Source: a virus. Taken from it: DNA of 64,000 nt. The stretch's first letter is position 1; each line of letters opens with the position of its first letter. A program made the translations under genes and the position numbers. Shown here piece after piece: positions 36,651-47,061 of the stretch. The notes below the pieces were generated by a model. That model was not told the origin of the DNA, did not search any database, and saw only the letters and a list, made by a program, of their open reading frames with translations. The stretch is taken from IMG/VR virus record IMGVR_UViG_3300011114_000356, positions 2,275 through 66,274 of that record; one strand, given 5' to 3'.

Positions 36651-38869
36651 TATCGTTTACCATCTGGTTTAACATCAATACGAGGTATACCTAATTGCCA
36701 AGCTACACCAAGATCTGTAGATCTAATTTCAAATGCCATTTGACGAGCTCTAAGTCTTGTATAAACTTGTCCTGTAAATTTAGGGATAATATATTGGGTT
36801 ACTGTGGAATAGTTTTGTCCGCTAGTAACTGTATCAACATCTGAAGGTACTTGTGAGGATCCAGAGTTTTGACGACCAAATAAAGTCATTGTAACGGAAG
36901 GTGCATTAACACTTGAACCATTAAAATTGACATCAGGCAACATACGCCATACAAAACCAAGATGCTCACCAGCTTCAATACCAAAGTCAGAGGACTGGAT
37001 ATACGCTTCAATCGGTTGTGGACTTGCAGTAGAAACATCATCATTACCTACCTCATGATATAAAAGTCTTCTGTTGTAATCAGCAGCTACGGGGTTAGGT
37101 TGAATACCATATTGTAACCAAGCTGTTCTTGCCATAGTACCATATGTCCATACTTTGTCTACGTAGTTATAAATGACATAACGATCTACTGTAGTACCGC
37201 CACTATTCTTACTTACATAGAACCACCATACTTCATTGTAACCTTCGTTAGATCCAGCAAATATTTGGAAGGATTGGTCAACGTTAATATCTTCAAATAT
37301 AAATTGACGTAATGAGCAAGGTAATGTTGAGACCACACCAGTGTATTGATAGAACTTGTCCTTACCCATCCAGTAGGTTACGTTATTAACTGTTACAGCT
37401 GCGTTAGGTGCAATAATAGAAATATTATCCATCAATACTTGGAATGACCACACATAAGGATAGCCAATATACTGCATTGAATATAGACAAGAGTTAGTCC
37501 AAATAAGAATTTCTTGACGAGTGGTAAGGCCTGTTACAATGTATGATCCGTTAGCTAAAGTAAATTCACCAGATTGATTAGTAGATGATGGCACCCATTC
37601 ATATGGATTTCCTTGATCAGACCATCTTACAATCATAGGATTAAATGCTGTGTTAGGTGTACCTACTTCATATGGGTTAGAACCTAAAGCCACTAAGAAT
37701 TGTTCTGTAGCAGAAGTTAAAATTTGATTAGTTGTTTTTGGTACATAAGCCCCATTAAATCCTGCTGCTGTAGACAATGTAGATAAATATGATCCACGAG
37801 CTGAAACGCCAGTTAAGTCTAGCCAATAGAATATTGGTCCGCCACGAGGAGCAAAAGCTAGATTAGATCCATAGTTATCTTGTGACCAAAGCCTTAATTG
37901 AGATGTAATACCAGAAGTAAATCCTGTGCCCCATCCACGATTAGGTGTAACTGGGATTCTAACTACAACCGTACCACCAAGTCCAGCAGCCGTTGCATTT
38001 GCTGGATAACTAGAAGAACCAAATACAGTAGATATCGTATATTTATTTGGGTTGACTACAGTCACTTGGAATGCTTGTTGTAATATAGTATTAAGAATAC
38101 CAGATACATTGTTTTGAACTGAGCTGAAATAAATCCAATCACCCGTAGTTAATCCATGTCCTGTTTGATTAACAGCTACTGTGGTAGATAGGTTTGTAGT
38201 ATCAAAAGGATTTGTAAGTGTATAACCTGTAGTAGCTACAGCACCAGTCCATGGACCAGCACCCCAACCAGTACCAATAGTCGCAATATCATTACCAATA
38301 GGATAAGCAAATTGTAATGTAACTGTACCACCACCTGTAGCAGTTGAAGATGCATTAGATGCAGCTTGAATAGTAAATGTGGTAGTAGAAGGAACTGTTT
38401 TAACTACATATTCACCACTAATTGTTAATCCGCCTACAGAAGATGTAGTAGTAATTGTAACGTAATCACCAATTGCTGGGTTATAGTTACCATCTGTAAT
38501 GGTGACTACATTAGAACCTGAAGTAGTGGCTATAGGATTTGCTGTAAGTTGGTGAGGAGGGGCTAATGCTGTGCCATCTGTTTGAACAATAGGCGTAACA
38601 TCATAGTAAATACCACCATAGAATATGTAGTATTTTTTACTCGTTCCTAAAGATAAATAGTTAGATACACCATCGGTATCAGTCCATGTCCATAATGATC
38701 TTGCAATACCTTCAAATTGATCTGGGTCTAATTGAACCCAGCCACCAATCTTTTCAGCTTGTCCTGAACGGAAACGTACTTTATCACCGTCATAGAAACC
38801 ACCTTCATTAGAATAGTCAGTTCCTTCACGGTTAATACCTGCACGATATGTTAGTTTTTGTAATGGCAT
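36650..38869 (-). CDS. tail nozzle / stabilization protein (tubular B-like)
   Basis: 739 aa beta-rich; VRWSDQ, EVWWFY, YNY..WTYG..RTAW. Confidence 0.7.
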   Translation of the reverse strand: MPLQKLTYRAGINREGTDYSNEGGFYDGDKVRFRSGQAEKIGGWVQLDPDQFEGIARSLWTWTDTDGVSNYLSLGTSKKYYIFYGGIYYDVTPIVQTDGTALAPPHQLTANPIATTSGSNVVTITDGNYNPAIGDYVTITTTSSVGGLTISGEYVVKTVPSTTTFTIQAASNASSTATGGGTVTLQFAYPIGNDIATIGTGWGAGPWTGAVATTGYTLTNPFDTTNLSTTVAVNQTGHGLTTGDWIYFSSVQNNVSGILNTILQQAFQVTVVNPNKYTISTVFGSSSYPANATAAGLGGTVVVRIPVTPNRGWGTGFTSGITSQLRLWSQDNYGSNLAFAPRGGPIFYWLDLTGVSARGSYLSTLSTAAGFNGAYVPKTTNQILTSATEQFLVALGSNPYEVGTPNTAFNPMIVRWSDQGNPYEWVPSSTNQSGEFTLANGSYIVTGLTTRQEILIWTNSCLYSMQYIGYPYVWSFQVLMDNISIIAPNAAVTVNNVTYWMGKDKFYQYTGVVSTLPCSLRQFIFEDINVDQSFQIFAGSNEGYNEVWWFYVSKNSGGTTVDRYVIYNYVDKVWTYGTMARTAWLQYGIQPNPVAADYNRRLLYHEVGNDDVSTASPQPIEAYIQSSDFGIEAGEHLGFVWRMLPDVNFNGSSVNAPSVTMTLFGRQNSGSSQVPSDVDTVTSGQNYSTVTQYIIPKFTGQVYTRLRARQMAFEIRSTDLGVAWQLGIPRIDVKPDGKR

Positions 38870-38871
38870 AA

Positions 38872-39318
38872 TTAACTTTCAAATAAAGCTTTTTCGTCTA
38901 GTCTGCGAATTTGTAGACCTTTCAGTATTTTACCACCAGCACGGCAGTATTTTATTAACGATTCCATAGCCGCCTTTTTATCACCTCGTAATAATGCTTG
39001 ACGTATGGTGCTACGTTGGAATGAGCCAAGCCCAAGGTTAAAAGCAAAACTAACAAGAGCATCAAACTCATGTTGTCTAAGAAGCACGTTAGGTAACATC
39101 TTAAGTATTCCATGTTCAAATCGTTTGAGATCTCGTTTAAGAATTCCATCTATTTCTTCCTTTGAAAAAGTTCTATTCCAAGATTCAGGCAGTGATTTAC
39201 CATCACCAATAAGATGACCCACGCCCACAGTCCAAAGCCCAGCAGCACAACGATAGGGCCGATTACGAATGCCTTCATGATGTTTAATAAGTCTAATGCC
39301 ACGTTCTGAAACATTCAC
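38872..39318 (-). CDS. endolysin, GH24 lysozyme
   Basis: HEG..PYRCAAGLWTVGVGH, FDALVSFAFNLG, GLQIRR..E. Confidence 0.92.
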   Translation of the reverse strand: MNVSERGIRLIKHHEGIRNRPYRCAAGLWTVGVGHLIGDGKSLPESWNRTFSKEEIDGILKRDLKRFEHGILKMLPNVLLRQHEFDALVSFAFNLGLGSFQRSTIRQALLRGDKKAAMESLIKYCRAGGKILKGLQIRRLDEKALFES

Positions 39319-39804
39319 TTATTTCTTTTCCCAAGTGCGAGATCCAAAATAAAAACCAATAATACTTGCAGTAATAGCCATTTCTTCTGAACCAAATACT
39401 TCTCTTGATGCTATTACAAAGTCTACGCCTGACCACATAGCCCAGGCTAATGAGATAAGGTTGATAAGGACTAACTCACCTACAAAGATAAATGCTACCA
39501 CAGGTCTTACCATAGCATTCCAATTTTTAACTAAGGGACTTGCGCCATCTACAAGTTTTTTGTCGTGATCATATAAAGCTACACGCTCTTCTGCGTATGT
39601 TTGTGCTTCTATTTGATCTAACTTAATTGCTTCAATTTTTTCTTGAGATACGAAACCAGCTTTTGCAAGTTCAAGTTCACGTTCTGTTTGAAGTTTAGCC
39701 ATTTCTCTTTCATGCTTTTGATCTCCTTTTTGTTGAAAAAATGATAGTAGGCTAGGTAAGCCTGATGTAGCAAAACCTAATATGCCAGATAATATACTTA
39801 ACAT
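39319..39804 (-). CDS. holin (3-TM type)
   Basis: VRPVV..IIGFYFGSR; adjacent to endolysin. Confidence 0.7.
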   Translation of the reverse strand: MLSILSGILGFATSGLPSLLSFFQQKGDQKHEREMAKLQTERELELAKAGFVSQEKIEAIKLDQIEAQTYAEERVALYDHDKKLVDGASPLVKNWNAMVRPVVAFIFVGELVLINLISLAWAMWSGVDFVIASREVFGSEEMAITASIIGFYFGSRTWEKK

Positions 39805-40076
39805 TATTTGCCTTTCCTTTGCATATCGTGTTCTTCTAAAATACGAATCCGTACATTGAGTTCTGAGATCTGTGCTCTTAATTCTTCTTTTAATTTACCT
39901 CTTTGCTCGGCTGATATGGGACTATCTGTAGGCACGCCTTGTTCTGTAATAAGAATAGGCATCTTAGCTTTAATATCAATCAAATCATTTTGCATACTTG
40001 TTACAGATGAAATCATCCAAGCAATCGCTGAGACAATTACTGGGAACAACATAGATGTAATTTTTTCCATATTCAT
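39804..40076 (-). CDS. membrane-anchored coiled-coil lysis-cassette protein
   Basis: N-terminal TM plus coiled coil. Confidence 0.55.
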   Translation of the reverse strand: MNMEKITSMLFPVIVSAIAWMISSVTSMQNDLIDIKAKMPILITEQGVPTDSPISAEQRGKLKEELRAQISELNVRIRILEEHDMQRKGK

Positions 40077-40150
40077 ATTAAACTCCTAAATGATGCACAT
40101 ACCATAAAAGACAAAGTGTAATTAAAACACCAATTAAAATCTTCATATTG

Positions 40151-42061
40151 TTACCAATTTAATGTTATAAAACCAGGTGAGCCTGAACCACCACTAGAGT
40201 TATTACCGCCACCACCGCCACCAGCACCGTAACCAGACGCACTACCTCCATTACCTGAAGAAGTGCCTACGCCTCCAGTACCAAATGGTGAATTAGCTCC
40301 GTATCCATTACCGCCTCCGCATATACCGTTACCACCTTTTGTACCATTAACGCCACCTGCACCAGTAGCTACACCAGCATCACCACCTTGACAAGCAGTA
40401 GGAGCAGATCTATCTGGGGCATTACCACCAGCACCAGCAATTCTAGTACCAAATGTAGTATTAGTATTTGCTCCGCCTACTGAGTATGCAATAGATGATC
40501 CTGGAGTGACTGCAACAGTTACGTTATTAAAATATGCAGCTGAACCACCGCCAGGTGAAGGCCAGCCTTGAGGTGTTGAATAGTTACCTACACCATTACC
40601 ACCGCCACCAATCATTGTTAATGAAACTGATGTTACACCTGCTGGAACAGTCCATGTGCCAGAAGAACCAGCGTTAAATGTTACTGTGTTACTAGCTACT
40701 GGTGTTATTACTATATATCCAGCGCCTCCGCTACCGCCTGGGTGACCACAGCAAGATCCATTTTGTGCACCTCCGCCTCCGCCTCCAGATCCATTAAATC
40801 CATTAGAACCAGCACCACTTCCACAGCCACCGCCTACTCCACCACTACCGCCAGCACTATAAGAAGAGGCTCCGCCATTACCTCCGCTTCCTAAACCTTG
40901 AGTACTATTACCATTCGAGCCTGAATTGCCACCAGCGCCACCTGTGCCTCCAGTACCGCCAGGAGATGTACCACCACTACCGCCAGCTGCTGATACTAAA
41001 GTTGTTGCACCTCTATTTATAGATGATGTACCTCCAGATCCGCCAGAAGCTCCGCTTGGTCCACAACCGCCACTACCACCAGAACCTGCAGCACCTACTG
41101 TAAGAGCTAATGATTCGCTTGGAGTAACTGGTAAAGTCGTTGTAGAATAATATCCTGAACCCCCGCCTCCACCTGACCAACCATAATGTACATATCCTCC
41201 ATCGTTACCTGCAGCGCCACCGCCTCCACCGCCTGTAACAGCTACATTTAATGATGTAACACCACTAGGAACAACATATGTGTATGAACCTGCACTGTTA
41301 TAAACAGATACATTAGCACCAAGTGGAGTAATAGATACAAATCCTGAACCTCCGTTACCTGCATAAGATCCGTGATTAGATCCTTTTGTATAGTTTGTAT
41401 TAGATCCAGTAGCTCCAGCACCCACAGTAACAGTAATTGTTTGACCAGGTGTGACTGCAAATACAGCAATACCTGTGCCGCCACCTGAACCACCATAGTT
41501 TTGAGGCCCGTCAAATTGAAATCCAGCTCCACCGCCTGCACCAGAAGGAGCGTCAGATGGCTTAGAAAAGTCTCCACCTTGTGAAGTGCCAGATCCATAA
41601 TATGAACTGCCACCAGTACCGCCTGATTTGCTTCCACCTGTTTGGTTTAATGTGGTTGAAGATGCACCTGATATAGTGACTGTACCACCAGTGCCTCCAG
41701 ATGAGCCACCGCCACCACCATTTGCTGTGATTGAAAAACCACTTCCAGTCACTGTAGTATTACCACCAGCAGCGCCAGCAACTTGAGTCCAAGATCCTGC
41801 ATTAAAATATGATGTTTGACCCGCTCCACCGCCACCTGTAGCAGCTATACTAATAGAGGTGATTGTAGCAGGCACTGTGTATGTATATGTGCCTGAAGAG
41901 CTATATGTAGTTGGTCCCACTGTATCTGGATAAAATTGTTTGCCTACACCGCTTTGTGTGACTAGACCTACAGTAACACTTTTCCATGAACCTGATTGTT
42001 TAACATATAGTTGCTGAACTTGTTTCCAAGTTCCAGATTGTTTTACATAAAGTTTTGGCAT
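40151..42061 (-). CDS. glycine-rich tail fibre/adhesin with three repeated domains
   Basis: Three (Y/W)xVPxxxTS..GGGG units; N-terminal YVKQSGxWK repeat. Confidence 0.75.
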   Translation of the reverse strand: MPKLYVKQSGTWKQVQQLYVKQSGSWKSVTVGLVTQSGVGKQFYPDTVGPTTYSSSGTYTYTVPATITSISIAATGGGGAGQTSYFNAGSWTQVAGAAGGNTTVTGSGFSITANGGGGGSSGGTGGTVTISGASSTTLNQTGGSKSGGTGGSSYYGSGTSQGGDFSKPSDAPSGAGGGAGFQFDGPQNYGGSGGGTGIAVFAVTPGQTITVTVGAGATGSNTNYTKGSNHGSYAGNGGSGFVSITPLGANVSVYNSAGSYTYVVPSGVTSLNVAVTGGGGGGAAGNDGGYVHYGWSGGGGGSGYYSTTTLPVTPSESLALTVGAAGSGGSGGCGPSGASGGSGGTSSINRGATTLVSAAGGSGGTSPGGTGGTGGAGGNSGSNGNSTQGLGSGGNGGASSYSAGGSGGVGGGCGSGAGSNGFNGSGGGGGGAQNGSCCGHPGGSGGAGYIVITPVASNTVTFNAGSSGTWTVPAGVTSVSLTMIGGGGNGVGNYSTPQGWPSPGGGSAAYFNNVTVAVTPGSSIAYSVGGANTNTTFGTRIAGAGGNAPDRSAPTACQGGDAGVATGAGGVNGTKGGNGICGGGNGYGANSPFGTGGVGTSSGNGGSASGYGAGGGGGGNNSSGGSGSPGFITLNW

Positions 42062-42062
42062 A

Positions 42063-42296
42063 TTACCACTTATCTATAGGGCAGTTTGTGTGAGTTAGTT
42101 TTGTTTTTAATTTAATAATACAATTGCATACATTGCATTTTTCAACACCTAAAGTTTCAACTTTTTCTGGGCATTGATTACAAATAGAAATTCTGTGTTC
42201 TGCTATTTGATTTGAAACTGTAAATCCTTCTGGAGCTTCACCTAAGTATTTTGCTATTTCAAATTCTGTTGCATCTGATGAATTAATGTTTGACAT
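42063..42296 (-). CDS. small Cys-rich protein
   Basis: RISICNQC..CNVCNC..CPIDKW. Confidence 0.7.
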   Translation of the reverse strand: MSNINSSDATEFEIAKYLGEAPEGFTVSNQIAEHRISICNQCPEKVETLGVEKCNVCNCIIKLKTKLTHTNCPIDKW

Positions 42297-42298
42297 AA

Positions 42299-43339
42299 TT
42301 AGCTTACCTGATACCAAATATCTCCGTCTGAACCGCCAGTTGGAGTACTTGTTGAAATTGTTTTGGTGCCTGTACCATTAGTTCCTAAAGTAAGACCACC
42401 TACAGTACTTGATGTAATCGTTGCTCCTGAAATAGCCACACCTGCAATAGTGCCACCAGTAATTGCTACGGCACTAGCATTTTGATTTGCCATGGTACCT
42501 AATACGCCTACAGTGGATTGTACAAAGGCTGTCGTTGCAATATTTACTGAGTTATCACCAGTTGATGGTGTTGTAGCAACAGCACTTGCTGCACCTGTAA
42601 TAGTTGTACCAGGAGTGACTAATTGTGACGCACTGACTGTGTATGTACCTGCACCACCAGAACCTGTTCCAAATCCTGAAACAAACGTTCCAGCTGTAAC
42701 ACCCGTACCAGAAATTCTTTGACCAATAAATATTGTACCACTAGCAACTGATGTTACATTAAGGATAGTTCCTGCTGCACCAGAACCGTTACTAATTCCT
42801 CCAGTAAATGACGCTGCAATATAAGCACCTAATACACCTGCAGCTAAAAAGTTACCTGAGCTTGTTTGATTACCAGTCACAGATAAATTACCATTTACTG
42901 TAAAGTTACCAGCAGATCCTGTTTGTGCAGAATAGAATCCAGTACCAGTACCAGATTGGTTAGTTGCATCACAATATACTTGAGCGGTTACTCCTGAAGG
43001 AATAGAAACAGAAACAGAACCACCAGAGGCTGACATGGTAATTGTTTGGCCAGTTGCATTTCTTATAATATAAAATTTATTTTGTAGTGGTGCAGTAATG
43101 GTTACTGTAGATGCTGGAGTGCCTATAAATAACAATACAGCATTTCTAGATTCGTCTGTAGTACCATTAAAAGTAGTTAGCGTGTAAGTTGTAAGACCAG
43201 TAAGATCAATACCATCTACACCTGTAATAGCTTGTTCTACTAAGTTTAAGTTATTGTTGGTAGTGGATCCCCAGGTACCAGCCTGTTCACCATCTCCAAT
43301 GAGAGTAAATTTTAAAGAGCTTGAATAGGTTGATGCCAT
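42299..43339 (-). CDS. tail fibre proximal protein
   Basis: [21 protein letters not shown]; C-terminal [11 protein letters not shown]. Confidence 0.7.
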   Translation of the reverse strand: MASTYSSSLKFTLIGDGEQAGTWGSTTNNNLNLVEQAITGVDGIDLTGLTTYTLTTFNGTTDESRNAVLLFIGTPASTVTITAPLQNKFYIIRNATGQTITMSASGGSVSVSIPSGVTAQVYCDATNQSGTGTGFYSAQTGSAGNFTVNGNLSVTGNQTSSGNFLAAGVLGAYIAASFTGGISNGSGAAGTILNVTSVASGTIFIGQRISGTGVTAGTFVSGFGTGSGGAGTYTVSASQLVTPGTTITGAASAVATTPSTGDNSVNIATTAFVQSTVGVLGTMANQNASAVAITGGTIAGVAISGATITSSTVGGLTLGTNGTGTKTISTSTPTGGSDGDIWYQVS

Positions 43340-43348
43340 AATATGTCC

Positions 43349-44248
43349 TTATTGATTATTATCTATTACAACCCATGAGTTAGGTTGAGTATTATTTATT
43401 TCAGCCCAAGATACTGAATTATCGTTGTTTATAGCTGCCCAAGTAATAGCTTGGTCATCGTTTATTTTAAACCATCCACGAGGGAATTGGGAGTCTAGCA
43501 TTGCAAATGTTTCTACTATAGAAGTCTGGAATTGAGCTGTTACAGCAGCTGAATCAGCCATATTCACATTTTCTGTCAATGACGCTAAAAAGTTAGTTAT
43601 TACTGTATTTGCATCTGCAGTACTAAAGTTTTCTACAATACTAAATGTAAAGACAGAGATAATAGTCTCTATGTCTGCCATAGTTATATCTTCTGTATCA
43701 CTGACTACAAAGTTAGCTAAAATGCTTGCCGCATCAGCCATAGCCATATTTTCTGTAACAGATGACTGGAATTGAGCTGTTATAGTAGATGTGTCTGCAA
43801 GATCACTGTTTTCATTCAAACTAACTAAAAACTGTGCAGCGATAGAAACAATATCGTTCATCGTAAATGGCTCAACACGATCTTCTAATGCTGCAAAGTA
43901 CTGAGTTGAAGTATCTTCTATACTGCTATCTTCTGTTGTACTTACTGCAAACTGTGCTGATATATCTTCTGTATCGCCCATAAGCACATCTTCTGTAATG
44001 CTTGATGCAAACTGAGCTGTAACAGTATTAGCATCATTCATTGCTACAAACTCATTAATAAGTCCAAAGAAATCACCTGTTGTTGCATCAATATTATCCA
44101 TCACAACATTTTCTGTCATTGACTCATTAAAGGCAAAGATCTGGCTACTTGTATCAGCCATGTTAATATTCTCTGTCAAAGACAAAGAAAATGCATTACC
44201 AGCTAAGGAAGCAAAAGTTGGTTGAGCAAAGGCAGCGTATCCAAACAT
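43349..44248 (-). CDS. acidic 20-aa repeat structural protein
   Basis: About 12 tandem 20-aa units such as SSITEDVLMGDTEDISAQFA. Confidence 0.7.
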   Translation of the reverse strand: MFGYAAFAQPTFASLAGNAFSLSLTENINMADTSSQIFAFNESMTENVVMDNIDATTGDFFGLINEFVAMNDANTVTAQFASSITEDVLMGDTEDISAQFAVSTTEDSSIEDTSTQYFAALEDRVEPFTMNDIVSIAAQFLVSLNENSDLADTSTITAQFQSSVTENMAMADAASILANFVVSDTEDITMADIETIISVFTFSIVENFSTADANTVITNFLASLTENVNMADSAAVTAQFQTSIVETFAMLDSQFPRGWFKINDDQAITWAAINNDNSVSWAEINNTQPNSWVVIDNNQ

Positions 44249-44394
44249 TATTCGTCCGCAGGTAAGGGCTCGTTACCCTCTTCAAGCCATTTTAGGTAGG
44301 CTTGGTAGTCTGTGTTAGCTGGGTCAAATGGGATAAATAAACTCTCATCTTTAAGTACCATATTGGGATTTCTTGTTAATTTATATGTTGTCAT
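44248..44394 (-). CDS. tail adhesin partner/chaperone (48 aa, not in ORF track)
   Basis: FIPFDPANTDYQAYLKWLEEGNEP; TAATG coupling. Confidence 0.8.
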   Translation of the reverse strand: MTTYKLTRNPNMVLKDESLFIPFDPANTDYQAYLKWLEEGNEPLPADE

Positions 44395-44395
44395 T

Positions 44396-45523
44396 TTATA
44401 ACTCCGCACTTGCAGTTATTGCACATTCAGCTCTAATAGTTACTCCAGCTGCATCACAAGAAATATACACTTGCTTATCACTAGCTGATAATACATATCC
44501 AGCTACGTTTGTTGATGCATTTACATTTCTAATGCATGTCGATGCAGTTGATGAACCAGTAATATTATTATAAATAGTAACAGCAGCATTTGTTCTCATA
44601 GTCACTGGAAATGAAAATGGTCCCATAATAGTATATCCAAAAGATGTTGCTCCGTAATTTACACCTTCAAGTGTACCAGCTCCAGATGCACCAATATTAG
44701 TTCCAGCTACAGTTCCATAAGGATAAGATTGTATATAGTAACGTTGGCAGTTAGTTAGCTCTTGGTTAAATAGTCTTCGTTCAAACGGTGTTGCTGATGT
44801 GCCTATTTCTAGTTGGACACCTGTGAGGTAGAAGGTAGCTCCGTTAGTGCCTACGACTGATACTGAGCCAGTAGGTTGAGTATAATTTGCACCAGCCCAT
44901 GTATTAGCTGTTCCTGATTTTGTTGAACCAGCACCTAAACTAAATAAAACCAATATACCTGCACTAGAATTTGTGAACCAAGTTCCAGATGTATCTCCAG
45001 GAATAGTTACTGATATGGTAGTCCATGTATTAGCACTAGAAATTGTATAGCTAAATGGGTAACTTCTTGAAGAATTATAATTTGCTATTTGACCACCAAA
45101 TGTTCCAGTCAATGAACTATAAACTAAAAAACTTAATGTAACAGTTTTAGCGTTAGCAGTCCCCCAACCTAAATCTGCAACATTAAATCCCTCAATATAT
45201 TGAGCAATATTAAACTCATCATTTGATAAAACAGTATAAGCAGATGATGATGTAGCTTTTATTGCATGGGTATATCCTGTAGGGACAACGCTTGTTTGTT
45301 GTTGAAGCGTAAATTTACTTGAAAAATTTCCATAAATGTACCATCTATCTACAGTATACAAAACAGAATTAATATTTGTAACACTAGCACCAGCATTCCT
45401 TTGGTCTATCCTCATGTCACCATTTATAATACGGTTCTTTAGCACATAAGGTGACGCTGCAGCTCCTTGTAGAGATGAGTCGTTAAAGGTAACTCCCGTT
45501 GTGCCGTCTACGATAAGGCTCAT
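44396..45523 (-). CDS. tail fibre/adhesin (NRIING family)
   Basis: KNRIINGDMRIDQRN..VQLEIG..CQRYY; paralog of 45687-46883. Confidence 0.8.
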   Translation of the reverse strand: MSLIVDGTTGVTFNDSSLQGAAASPYVLKNRIINGDMRIDQRNAGASVTNINSVLYTVDRWYIYGNFSSKFTLQQQTSVVPTGYTHAIKATSSSAYTVLSNDEFNIAQYIEGFNVADLGWGTANAKTVTLSFLVYSSLTGTFGGQIANYNSSRSYPFSYTISSANTWTTISVTIPGDTSGTWFTNSSAGILVLFSLGAGSTKSGTANTWAGANYTQPTGSVSVVGTNGATFYLTGVQLEIGTSATPFERRLFNQELTNCQRYYIQSYPYGTVAGTNIGASGAGTLEGVNYGATSFGYTIMGPFSFPVTMRTNAAVTIYNNITGSSTASTCIRNVNASTNVAGYVLSASDKQVYISCDAAGVTIRAECAITASAEL

Positions 45524-46122
45524 GCTATCTCCTCTGCTGGAAGTGGAGTATTACCTTCGGCTAACCATTTTTTGTAAGCGATGTAGTCGGTATTGTCATC
45601 TACAAAAGGTATGCAAGCATTGTCTGAAGTTCTTATAATTGCTTCGGTTACTAATTTACCCATTGACATATATTGTTTATACATAATTAAAGCTCCGCTG
45701 ATGCTGAAATAATTCCGTTTGAATATGCAGTTGGAATTGTTATAAATACTTTGTTAGTAGTCATGCCAGATAAGTTTGTAAGACTAAAATTTACCCCAAG
45801 ATTATTTACTCTATTTCCACTTACAATACTTACAGCAGCAGATGATTGTGTATAATCCGCTGCATTTGTATCTGTAACTGTCATAGCAGCCGAAACACTT
45901 AATGTTGGAGAAGTCCTCATTGGGACAAAAAATTGCATTGCTCCAGTAAATAAATTAGCAGCTGCTGCAACGCCAACAGCAGAACCTAATTGTTGATGAT
46001 ACCTCTGACACAAAGCTAATTCAGTACCATAAGGTCTCCACTCAAATGATGTAGCAGAAGAACCTACTTCTAACTGAACGCCTGTGATGTAGAAGGTAGC
46101 TCCGTTAGTGCCTACGACTGAT
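44828..46122. repeat. 34-bp identical direct repeat in paralogous adhesins
   Basis: GTAGAAGGTAGCTCCGTTAGTGCCTACGACTGAT at 44828-44861 and 46089-46122. Confidence 0.85.
45520..45684 (-). CDS. tail adhesin partner/chaperone (54 aa, not in ORF track)
   Basis: CIPFVDDNTDYIAYKKWLAEGNTP; paralog of 44248-44394. Confidence 0.8.
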   Translation of the reverse strand: MYKQYMSMGKLVTEAIIRTSDNACIPFVDDNTDYIAYKKWLAEGNTPLPAEEIA

Positions 46123-46883
46123 GTTGCACCTGTGGCGGAATAATATGTTGCAGTAGCCCAAGCCCCAGCAGTTCCAGATAAAGTAGAACCTGCCCCAAGA
46201 GAAAATATTACATTTAATCCTCTACCATTAGTAGTAAGCCAAGTTCCTGTAGTATCGCCAGTAACAGTAATTGTTTTTTGCTCCCATGTGTTTGCAGCAC
46301 TTATTGTATAAGTAAATGGGTATGAACGAGTGCGCCCAGAATTTTGAAATGCGCCACCAAATGTGCCAGTTAATGAACTATATACCCAAAAACTTAAAGT
46401 AAATGTTTTTGCACCAGATGTTCCAAACATCATATCTGCTACATTATAACCTTCAATATATTGAGTTAATGTAAAGGCTTCAGATGCGCCTACTGTATAT
46501 GCAGATAAAGAAGTTGCTAGCAAACTATAGTATTGTCCTGTAGTATTATATCCAGCTGTAGAATTTGTATTTTGAATAACTGAATACTTAGAAGCAGCCG
46601 ATACCGTAGCTTCCCACCTATCTAATGTATATGCACTTGAAGTAGGAGTAACACTAGCACCAGCATTTCTTTGGTCTACAGTCATACCACCATTAATGAT
46701 CCTATTCTTCATAGTGTATGGTGAGGTATTAATACCGTTGCTTGAAATAGTTCCTGTAACTGCTACGCCTGTAGAACTTATGGTAGCAATCGTAGTGCCG
46801 TTAGCTTGAAGGGCAAGTTGACCCGTATTATCTGCTGTAGCTACTATGCCTGAACTGGTCGTTGCGTTTATCGTTGATGCCAT
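45687..46883 (-). CDS. tail fibre/adhesin (NRIING family)
   Basis: KNRIINGGMTVDQRN..VQLEVG..CQRYH. Confidence 0.8.
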   Translation of the reverse strand: MASTINATTSSGIVATADNTGQLALQANGTTIATISSTGVAVTGTISSNGINTSPYTMKNRIINGGMTVDQRNAGASVTPTSSAYTLDRWEATVSAASKYSVIQNTNSTAGYNTTGQYYSLLATSLSAYTVGASEAFTLTQYIEGYNVADMMFGTSGAKTFTLSFWVYSSLTGTFGGAFQNSGRTRSYPFTYTISAANTWEQKTITVTGDTTGTWLTTNGRGLNVIFSLGAGSTLSGTAGAWATATYYSATGATSVVGTNGATFYITGVQLEVGSSATSFEWRPYGTELALCQRYHQQLGSAVGVAAAANLFTGAMQFFVPMRTSPTLSVSAAMTVTDTNAADYTQSSAAVSIVSGNRVNNLGVNFSLTNLSGMTTNKVFITIPTAYSNGIISASAEL

Positions 46884-46886
46884 GGT

Positions 46887-47060
46887 TTATCCTTGTAGTT
46901 CTTCTTCTGTTGGTCTTGGTAATGTTGGGTGGTTCCATTCTTTTATGTAGTCACCTTTACCATCAGAATCATTTTGTAGAGTGATTGTTCCTGTAATAGG
47001 ATGAAAGTAATCATCTGTTAGTTGTGGGTATATTGTTTTAATCTTTTCGTATAAAGTCAT
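46887..47060 (-). CDS. XkdW-like partner protein (57 aa, not in ORF track)
   Basis: IYPQL..LQNDSDGKGDYIKEWNHPTLPRPTEEEL. Confidence 0.75.
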   Translation of the reverse strand: MTLYEKIKTIYPQLTDDYFHPITGTITLQNDSDGKGDYIKEWNHPTLPRPTEEELQG

Positions 47061-47061
47061 A

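Noticed and set aside
44396-46883. Diversity-generating retroelement TR/VR pair
   Set aside because: No reverse transcriptase in the window; both copies are within full genes and differences are not adenine-specific
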